Below, piece by piece: positions 18,601-24,451 of a stretch of DNA of 37,004 nucleotides. How positions within the stretch are numbered: the stretch's first letter is position 1; every line of letters begins with the position of its first letter. Position numbers and translations under genes: made by a program. The notes below the pieces were generated by a model that was given only the letters and a program-made list of their open reading frames with translations, made no database searches and had not been told where the DNA came from. Source of the DNA: a virus (Duplodnaviria > Heunggongvirae > Uroviricota > Caudoviricetes); the IMG/VR virus record IMGVR_UViG_3300046385_000126, positions 64,001-101,004 of that record; one strand, given 5' to 3'.

Positions 18601-20780
18601 GATACTATGGTGGCTCACGTGCCCGAGCATATAGAAACCCATATAATGCTGTATGGTACACGGGTTACTATGCTGCTGGTTACGCTGGTTGGTATTCTGG
18701 CTATTATGCTGGCTCACGTGCACGTAGTTATACTGGATACTACGCTGGATCGCGCGCGCTTACATTTACAAGAGCGTTTACTGGTAGCTACACTGGATAC
18801 TACAACAGAACATTTACTGGTGCTTATAGCGGCGCCTATAACGGTGCATTCACGGGAATTTATTCTGGTGGATATATTGGATCCTTTACTGGCGCATATT
18901 CCGGTGGCTACATTGGCTCATTTACAGGGGCATATGCCGGTGCGTATGCTGGCAGCTACCAAGGAAACTTTACGGGTGCGTACTCTGGCGCATACAATAA
19001 CACCTTCACTGGCATTTACTCTGGTGGATATGCAGGAGCGTACGCTGGTGCATACGCTGGCGCGTATGTTGGAAACTACACTGGATCGTTTAGCGGTATA
19101 TACAGTGGTGCATACAACCAAACGTTCACAGGAGCATATTCAGGTGGTTATGTAGGTGCGTTCACTGGTGTTTGGGCGGGTGCATATGCTGGTAATTACT
19201 CCGGATCATTCAGTGGATTGTATAGTGGAGCATACAACCAAACATTTACAGGGGCATATTCTGGTGGATATGTAGGCGCATTTACCGGTGCCTGGGCTGG
19301 TGCTTATGCGGGCAATTACTCCGGATCATTTAGCGGTCTATACTCTGGTGCGTATAACAACACCTTCACCGGTGCATACTCAGGTGGATACGTTGGTGCG
19401 TTTACCGGTGTTTGGGCAGGGGCATATGCAGGTAATTACTCTGGATCATTCAGCGGCCTGTTTTCAGGTGCATACAACCAAACATTCACTGGAGCTTATT
19501 CAGGTGGATACGTAGGTGCATTTACCGGAGTTTGGGCAGGAGCATATGCAGGTAATTACTCCGGTTCGTTTAGTGGTTTATACAGCGGAGCATATAACCA
19601 AACGTTTACTGGTGCATATGCTGGTGGTTATGTTGGTACATTCTCCGGTATTTACTCTGGCAACTTCGTTGGATCGTATTCGAATTCGTTCACTGGCGCT
19701 TTTGCTGGAGCATACAATCAAGCGTTCACTGGCGCTTTCGCTGGTAACTACACAGGCGTATTCTCAGGAATATATTCTGGTGGGTACTCTGGATCATACA
19801 ACCAGGTATTCTCTGGTGCATATTCTGGTACCTACAATACAGGATACTCTGGCGCATATGTTGGAAATTACAACAGCGTTTTCACTGGCGCTTTTGCTGG
19901 CGCATATGTAGGCAACTACTCAGGTTCCTTTACCGGATTGTACAGCGGAGCATACACTCAAACATTTACAGGTGCATATGCAGGTGGATACACTGGTGCA
20001 TTCACAGGGGTTTGGACTGGATTCTACTCTGGCGGTTATGTTGGAACGTTTACTGGTGCATATGCTGGTGGTTATAATTCCACATTCTCCGGCATATATG
20101 TCGGTGGTTATGCTAACACGTTCTCTGGTGTTTATAGCGGATCTTACAACACAACCTACACTGCAGTATATTCAGGTGCATATAACCAAACATTCTCTGG
20201 TGCATACTCTGGTGGTTATACTGGATCGTTTAGTACAGCATACACTGGTGGATATTCATCAGGGTTTACTGGTGCGTTTACTGGCCTATACAACCAAACG
20301 TTCACCGGTAACTTCTCTGGTGCATATGCAGGTGGATACACCGGCACATTCTCTGGCGCATATGTCGGTGGGTATGGCAACACATTCTCTCGCACATTTA
20401 CAGGAATATACACCGGCGTGTATAGTAACGTATTTACAGGCGTTTATAACCAAGCATTCACTAGCCAATTTACCGGTGTATACAATCAAGCATTTACTGG
20501 TGCGTTTAGTAGTGCATTTACAGGTCAGTTCACTGGTCAATATGCGCAACAATTTACAAGCGTATACACTGCTGCATACACAGGCGCGTTTACAGGATCA
20601 TATACATCAGCATATACTGGCCAGTATACTCAAATGTTTACAGGAACATTTACCGGCGTTTATTCCGCAACTTACACCGGTCTATATACAAGAGCATATG
20701 TAGGAACATACACAGGACTGACAATTGTTTCTACACCACAAACAGTTGCGACACTTAAACTTTGGGTACGGACATCATGA
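15669..20780 (+). CDS. [Y/F]-x-G-x tetrapeptide-repeat protein, long paralog (1703 aa)
   Basis: Same three-module N-domain, about 1430 aa of repeats (16422-20720), C-terminus KLWVRTS; uninterrupted 5.1-kb ORF. Confidence 0.9.
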   Translation: MPVKPLKYIEISGSPSTQIMSNTDITDYVAKLIGTEFASTTGVGSLGVGSLANGTSIGTWVDTYYPNAIGDHPIDPAAVTVSNTTLYQDVSNGSLTGIFSRPVGWDTSNNVPQLLSDSDIDTSITSVIANYVVNGGVGSYVLQPTAPATGTWVSRGTLTNTQAPSVTNTTTLWQKTAESTGSAVRLLKLANGGFQQFSDADIRNLTFKLRNYIVNSGIGKYVLSTTTPVTPGTWVQAGTGFDDIRLSLEDGFYAGAYNSTFTGGYTATYSGNYNNTFSSAFTSTYSSSYSGAYNSAFSRAYTSVYTGAFTGQYNQAFTGAFSRAFTGAFTGQYNQAFTGNFTGVYANAFTGQYSGNYVGAFSTVFSGAYTGAYNQTFTGSYIGTYLSNYTGAFSGAYASTFTGTFTGAYTAAYSAVFTGQYSGGYTSAFTGSYTSAYTTAYTGAYTGAYSNVFSGAYTGGYTTTFTGLYSGAYSRTFTGAYAGSYTGVFNQTFTGSYLGGYVGSFTGAYAGAYSRVFSGSYTGIYSGGYTGAFSGSYTGIYTAAYTGLYSGGYTGAFTGIYTGAYTGAFNQSFSGLYSGSYTSAFTGLYSGTYTSAFSGSYTGAYTGAYSQVFTGSYSGGYVGTFTGAYAGAYSRVFTGSYTGAYTGTYNQTFTGSYSGGYVGSFTGAYAGAYSRVFTGSYTGAYTGIYNQTFTGSYSGGYVGSFTGAYAGAYSRVFTGSYSGIYTGVYNQTFTGSYSGGYVGSFTGAYAGAYSRVFTGSYTGAYTGVYNQTFTGSYSGGYTRAFTGAYVGAYSRVFSGSYTGLYTGLYTGIYTGLYSGGYVGSFTGLYSGTYSRIFSGSYTGLYSGVYQNTFTGLYSGVYQSTFTGAYSGNYTRAFTGSYAGNYIASYAGAYAGTYNTGYIGYYAPGGAVYYTGLYTGFYSAYYAGNYINPFNGATYTGGYLGSRARSFAGGYTAGAGYAGTYTGFYAAGYLGSYLGYYGGSRARAYRNPYNAVWYTGYYAAGYAGWYSGYYAGSRARSYTGYYAGSRALTFTRAFTGSYTGYYNRTFTGAYSGAYNGAFTGIYSGGYIGSFTGAYSGGYIGSFTGAYAGAYAGSYQGNFTGAYSGAYNNTFTGIYSGGYAGAYAGAYAGAYVGNYTGSFSGIYSGAYNQTFTGAYSGGYVGAFTGVWAGAYAGNYSGSFSGLYSGAYNQTFTGAYSGGYVGAFTGAWAGAYAGNYSGSFSGLYSGAYNNTFTGAYSGGYVGAFTGVWAGAYAGNYSGSFSGLFSGAYNQTFTGAYSGGYVGAFTGVWAGAYAGNYSGSFSGLYSGAYNQTFTGAYAGGYVGTFSGIYSGNFVGSYSNSFTGAFAGAYNQAFTGAFAGNYTGVFSGIYSGGYSGSYNQVFSGAYSGTYNTGYSGAYVGNYNSVFTGAFAGAYVGNYSGSFTGLYSGAYTQTFTGAYAGGYTGAFTGVWTGFYSGGYVGTFTGAYAGGYNSTFSGIYVGGYANTFSGVYSGSYNTTYTAVYSGAYNQTFSGAYSGGYTGSFSTAYTGGYSSGFTGAFTGLYNQTFTGNFSGAYAGGYTGTFSGAYVGGYGNTFSRTFTGIYTGVYSNVFTGVYNQAFTSQFTGVYNQAFTGAFSSAFTGQFTGQYAQQFTSVYTAAYTGAFTGSYTSAYTGQYTQMFTGTFTGVYSATYTGLYTRAYVGTYTGLTIVSTPQTVATLKLWVRTS
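16587..16678 (+). repeat. Exact 32-nt direct repeat with 60-nt period
   Basis: GGCGCCTTTACCGGACAATATAACCAAGCGTT at 16587-16618 and 16647-16678. Confidence 0.9.
17500..18190 (+). repeat. 120-nt (40-aa) super-repeat, left arm, about 6 copies
   Basis: CTGGTGG(A/G)TA at 17521, 17641, 17761, 17881, 18001 and 18121; unit YNQTFTGSYSGGYVGSFTGAYAGAYSRVFTGSYTGAYTGx. Confidence 0.9.
18900..19680 (+). repeat. 120-nt (40-aa) super-repeat, right arm, about 6-7 copies
   Basis: C(T/A/C)GGTGG at 18901, 19021, 19141, 19261, 19381, 19501 and 19621; unit YNQTFTGAYSGGYVGAFTGVWAGAYAGNYSGSFSGLYSGA. Confidence 0.9.
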
Positions 20781-21217
20781 AGAGAACTATTAAAAATCCA
20801 CACTGGACAAACAACGCACGTACTGTCCTTTCTGCTGAATTCCATTATGAAGATGGGCGCGTGCTTACAGCTACGATCAGTGATTCAGATAAGGGCAATC
20901 CAGATCTGGTTGAAATTTTGGCGAACTTTACGGCTGAGGAGCTAGAAGCAAACACTGCTAGAGCTATCAAGCGCCAAAGTCAGGAAATGGAATCCAGACG
21001 CCGCCAAGAAGAAGCAATGGCAGAAAAAGCACTGCAAGAGGAACTGTTTGCAGTTAAACTAAAAGCTTTCGAGCTAGATGTTGTCAAAGGTACAACTAAC
21101 CGTGCCTTGAAATCACAAATTCGCCGAGCAAAGAGTGTATTTGAGGTGTACGCATACACAGCAGCCTTGATTCTTGACAACCAACAAAACCCACCAACTG
21201 ATTCGACTGCGGAGTAA
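20777..21217 (+). CDS. Hypothetical protein, possible fibre assembly chaperone (146 aa)
   Basis: ATG at 20777 overlaps the upstream TGA (ATGA), so it is preferred over the TTG at 20762; beta-rich N-half and charged helical C-half; position right after a fibre-like gene. Confidence 0.5.
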   Translation: MKRTIKNPHWTNNARTVLSAEFHYEDGRVLTATISDSDKGNPDLVEILANFTAEELEANTARAIKRQSQEMESRRRQEEAMAEKALQEELFAVKLKAFELDVVKGTTNRALKSQIRRAKSVFEVYAYTAALILDNQQNPPTDSTAE

Positions 21218-21220
21218 ATA

Positions 21221-21931
21221 ATGGATATTGATAATGGATTTCTTCTCGTGGCATCGGTCACGGAAGATTATGTGAAGTCTGCAAATTATTCGGCTGATAG
21301 CATCCGCGATTATTATCCAGATGCTCATATTACTTTATTCGTGCCGCCTGCACTTCGTCACTTGGCAGATGATTCTGCATTTGATTTGATTGTATCAGAC
21401 CCAGATGTACCAAATCACACACGGACAAAATTGTATGCTTTGTCTCGTACTCCATATAAGAATTTAACTGTATATGTGGATGCTGACATGGAATGCATGC
21501 ACGAAGACGTTCAAAACATTTGGAACGAAATGCCCGACGACTGTGATATCTTGATCACCAAGATCAGACCATACAATGGTAAGATTTCAAAATGGGCAAC
21601 AGGTGAAATGATCTACCATGGTGGTTTCTTCATGTACCGCACCAATCCAAAGACAATTGATTTTATGGATCGTTGGTGGGTGGACTACCATAAACAACGT
21701 GCAGAGCCATGGCCATATGATGAAAGCGAGATTCCAGTCACACTAAGACCATGGGACCAGTTTACATTTTGGAAGCTGCTAAATATTGACAAACTAGATA
21801 CAAATGTTCAAGTGTTTAAAGACGATGCTCGATGGAACTTTGTTAACGGTTATCGCTTGAACGAAAACAAAGACCCAATCGTTTTCTACCACCACACTAT
21901 TCCATCCAGACGCGAGGACACTAAAAAATGA
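21221..21931 (+). CDS. GT-A fold glycosyltransferase / nucleotide-diphospho-sugar transferase (236 aa)
   Basis: 'TKLYALSRTPY..TVYVDAD' (DxD after a hydrophobic strand), 'HGGFFMY', 'WDQFTFW', 'RWNFVNGY', terminal 'FYHHT'. Confidence 0.75.
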   Translation: MDIDNGFLLVASVTEDYVKSANYSADSIRDYYPDAHITLFVPPALRHLADDSAFDLIVSDPDVPNHTRTKLYALSRTPYKNLTVYVDADMECMHEDVQNIWNEMPDDCDILITKIRPYNGKISKWATGEMIYHGGFFMYRTNPKTIDFMDRWWVDYHKQRAEPWPYDESEIPVTLRPWDQFTFWKLLNIDKLDTNVQVFKDDARWNFVNGYRLNENKDPIVFYHHTIPSRREDTKK

Positions 21932-22548
21932 AATCAATTGATATTGTAAACCTAGAATTAAAAAACATCCTTGACGAGTTTATGGCTGTCCTGCAGAACT
22001 GCGATCGCTCGGAATATCCGTATGGAAATTGGACAGATATTACTCCTGACTATGCATGTGGTATGGAATACCTAGAACATATGCAGGGTAAAAAGGTTGA
22101 TGGCTTTCCGGAAAAAACACTAGGGGTTGATCTATCACGCTTTACTCCACCACAAGAGTCGTTGCGCAAAGCTCTTACCAAACTCGATCATGATTTGATT
22201 GCATGGTCCGGCTCTCGAAACAATGCGGTCAAGATGTTGTATCCTAAGGGTGGTTACATGGGCTGGCACCACAATGCAAACGCAGCTGGTTACAATATTC
22301 TGTTGTCCTGGTCCAAAGATGGTAAAGGCTACTTCCGGTACCAGGATCCAATCACAAAGGAAATTGTTACAATGCAGGATACGCCTGGTTGGACATGCAA
22401 GGTTGGGTACTACGGACCATGGCATGAAAAAGACCGTATTTACTGGCACTGTGCTAATGCAGCACACGAAGAAAGATTCACGCTAGGCTACATTATTCCT
22501 CATGAAGGAATGTGGCAAGATATGTGTGACGATATTCAGAGCAAATAA
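21928..22548 (+). CDS. 2OG-Fe(II) oxygenase-like / cupin-fold protein (206 aa)
   Basis: 'LYPKGGYMGWHHN', distal 'YWHCA' and 'ERFTLGYII' follow the double-stranded beta-helix pattern; ATGA coupling to the upstream GT. Confidence 0.6.
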   Translation: MKSIDIVNLELKNILDEFMAVLQNCDRSEYPYGNWTDITPDYACGMEYLEHMQGKKVDGFPEKTLGVDLSRFTPPQESLRKALTKLDHDLIAWSGSRNNAVKMLYPKGGYMGWHHNANAAGYNILLSWSKDGKGYFRYQDPITKEIVTMQDTPGWTCKVGYYGPWHEKDRIYWHCANAAHEERFTLGYIIPHEGMWQDMCDDIQSK

Positions 22549-23273
22549 TAATCTGAATAAGACTGATAATCCCGTGGCGTTGTTGGACCATTCAACAGTA
22601 CCACGGGAATTTTTTTGACTATTTCAATAAACTTGCTTGGGCGGTATCCAAAATCAACTGGATCGTGTTGCTCATTCATATTGTGATCGACGCCGTACAT
22701 ATGTGAATAGAACTTCATCGCTGGAAAGTATTCTGTAGATGATCCTGCTGAGTGGTGTTCATAAAACATAAACGAATCCATTCCCCAATAGTACTTGGTC
22801 ATAAACTTTTCAGGGTCTTTGATAAAATGATCCCATATTGGTCTGGCTAGTGGCGACCTCCATGTCATACAGCTGCTGTTGAAAGGGTGGTGGTGCTCAA
22901 TAGTATGGTATTGATGTTTTTTACGCCACACAGCATTGATAACTGTAAGAGCTCCACTGTTTGTATCAATGAGGTCGTCAATGTTTGATTTAATAACAAG
23001 GTCTAAATCGAAGTACATACGTGGACCATTGGGTAGTTGGCTATCAAACTGCTCACTGAACATGAACAGCTTGTTATACACAATTACATCGAGCCCGTGA
23101 TCCACATAGTCAATACACGCTATGTTTTTATCAACACCAGTCTTGTCGTCTGTGTAACAAAAGAAGTTGAACGGCCTACTGATATTCTTCTGACACATTC
23201 TAAATAGGTTGTTGACCATAGATGTGTCATATTTACGGCCAAGTTTAACGCATATAATGTTTAGAGATTCCAT
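22536..23273 (-). CDS. GT-A fold glycosyltransferase (245 aa), only clear minus-strand gene in the window
   Basis: 'ICVKLGRKYD...VNNLFRM...FFCYTDD...YNKLFMF...YFDLDLVI..NID...FNSSCMTW' is a GT8-like pattern with a DxD motif (DLD). Confidence 0.8.
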   Translation of the reverse strand: MESLNIICVKLGRKYDTSMVNNLFRMCQKNISRPFNFFCYTDDKTGVDKNIACIDYVDHGLDVIVYNKLFMFSEQFDSQLPNGPRMYFDLDLVIKSNIDDLIDTNSGALTVINAVWRKKHQYHTIEHHHPFNSSCMTWRSPLARPIWDHFIKDPEKFMTKYYWGMDSFMFYEHHSAGSSTEYFPAMKFYSHMYGVDHNMNEQHDPVDFGYRPSKFIEIVKKIPVVLLNGPTTPRDYQSYSDYYLL

Positions 23274-23274
23274 A

Positions 23275-23853
23275 ATGTATCAGTATTTAACTTCTTTGTC
23301 AGGTGTTTTGAGATCTGGTGCAAATGTGGATGATATTGCAGACTCGTTAAGCGATACACAATATAGATCAAAATTATGGCTCGTTGAAACGTTGGCAAAG
23401 CAATCGTTCCCTGCAAATCCCAGAGTACTTATTCTCGGTGGTTGGTATGGTAGTTATTTGGTGCCAATGCTTAACGAGCACATAAAACCATCTCACATAT
23501 TCTTGAACGATATTAATGTGGATGTGTTGAAAGTAGCCAAAGCTCTTCACAAGAATACACCGAACTGCTCTGTAGAACACTTCGATGCAACTTACCAATA
23601 TCACAGGTACGATGTTGATATTGTGATCAATACATCATGTGAGCATATGAGCTATTATGGATATATGCTTGGGGAACCTTCAAATGTTCTTTACGTGTTG
23701 CAATCATGTGATAACAATAATGATCCCGGCCATGTCAACACAGCATCGAGTACAGATGATTTTGCGGCTAAATTGAACTTGAAACAAATAGTTTTCGCTG
23801 GAAGACAGGCGCTTGGACACAAAAACAGGTTTATGATCATTGGTCACAACTAG
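23275..23853 (+). CDS. Class I SAM-dependent methyltransferase (about 192 aa)
   Basis: 'SDTQYRSKLWL', motif I 'VLILGGWYG', acidic end of beta2 'FLNDIN', 'DIVINTSCEHM', 'LQSCDN...HVN'. Start placed at ATG 23275 to avoid overlap with the divergent GT; 23257 and 23209 are alternatives. Confidence 0.75.
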   Translation: MYQYLTSLSGVLRSGANVDDIADSLSDTQYRSKLWLVETLAKQSFPANPRVLILGGWYGSYLVPMLNEHIKPSHIFLNDINVDVLKVAKALHKNTPNCSVEHFDATYQYHRYDVDIVINTSCEHMSYYGYMLGEPSNVLYVLQSCDNNNDPGHVNTASSTDDFAAKLNLKQIVFAGRQALGHKNRFMIIGHN

Positions 23854-23865
23854 GTTTAGCAGTTT

Positions 23866-23873
23866 TATAAATA
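23866..23873 (+). promoter_or_regulatory. T4-type late promoter TATAAATA
   Basis: Exact consensus in an intergenic gap, 30 nt upstream of the ATG at 23904. Confidence 0.75.
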
Positions 23874-23903
23874 GAGCAGAATAACAATAACATCGGTTGA
23901 AAA

Positions 23904-24233
23904 ATGGCGATCAAGGCAAATCTCATTATAGATCAGGGAGTCGACTACTCAACCACCATTGAATTAACAAATGATAATGGTGAAGCAGTTAGTCTTTCTG
24001 GATACTCAGCACAGGCACAGATGCGTAAAACGTACACGTCATTGAATGCTGTGAGTTTTAGTGTTACCTTAGCGGATTCGCTAGGAGCGGTTATATTGGG
24101 GCTGTCAGCTAATACGACAGCCAATATGACGCCAGGTCGTTTTGTTTATGATGTACTACTAACGAATAATATTGGTGTCAAATCCCGTATCGTTGAAGGC
24201 ATCGTGACACTTACTCCAAGAGTGACCAAATGA
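23904..24233 (+). CDS. Small Ig-like virion protein (BppU-N/LtfC-like, 109 aa)
   Basis: 'ANLIIDQGVDYSTTI...LSGYSAQAQMRKTY...LSANTTA...GRFVYDVLL...RIVEGIVTLTP.VT' is a common T4-like structural module upstream of gp13. Confidence 0.65.
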   Translation: MAIKANLIIDQGVDYSTTIELTNDNGEAVSLSGYSAQAQMRKTYTSLNAVSFSVTLADSLGAVILGLSANTTANMTPGRFVYDVLLTNNIGVKSRIVEGIVTLTPRVTK

Positions 24234-24451
24234 CAAATATTGTTGTTAAATTCAATCCTGGTGGTGGACTGCAACAGACGTCCACCCCAATCACGTTAAA
24301 AAATACCATTGATACGAGTCAGAGGCTTGATAGGCTATTTGACGTCGTAGCTGATACGGATAGTACACCGTCAGGCAGCACCCTTGTTTATGATCCGGTA
24401 ACAGACAAGTACATAGTAAAACTGCTCGACCTAGATGGGGGATCTTTCTAA
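24230..24451 (+). CDS. Small virion-associated protein ending LDGGSF (73 aa)
   Basis: ATGA coupled; 'LDRLFDVV...GSTLVYDPVTDKY' short fibre-repeat motif. Confidence 0.6.
   Translation: MTNIVVKFNPGGGLQQTSTPITLKNTIDTSQRLDRLFDVVADTDSTPSGSTLVYDPVTDKYIVKLLDLDGGSF

Noticed and set aside
14946-20703. Many long alternative-frame and antisense ORFs inside the two repeat genes (e.g. 18469-19155, 19972-20703, 15304-15573)
   Set aside because: Codon periodicity of the YxGx repeats keeps the other frames stop-free; the translations are low-complexity shadows with no start context.
14930-20720. Repeat arrays as a possible CRISPR array or mobile-element repeats
   Set aside because: The units are in-frame, vary at third codon positions and have no constant-repeat/unique-spacer structure; no cas-like or transposase genes are present.
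22533-22557. Inverted repeat ATTCAGA-N11-TCTGAAT at the convergent oxygenase/GT ends
   Set aside because: AT-rich 7-bp stem, long loop and no U-tract; too weak to call a terminator or recombination site.
21221-23853. GT/oxygenase/MTase block as a DNA hypermodification system
   Set aside because: Not preferred but not excluded: the MTase lacks DNA-MTase catalytic motifs (DPPY/NPPY or PC), no hydroxymethylase or kinase partner is adjacent, and the context is late structural genes.
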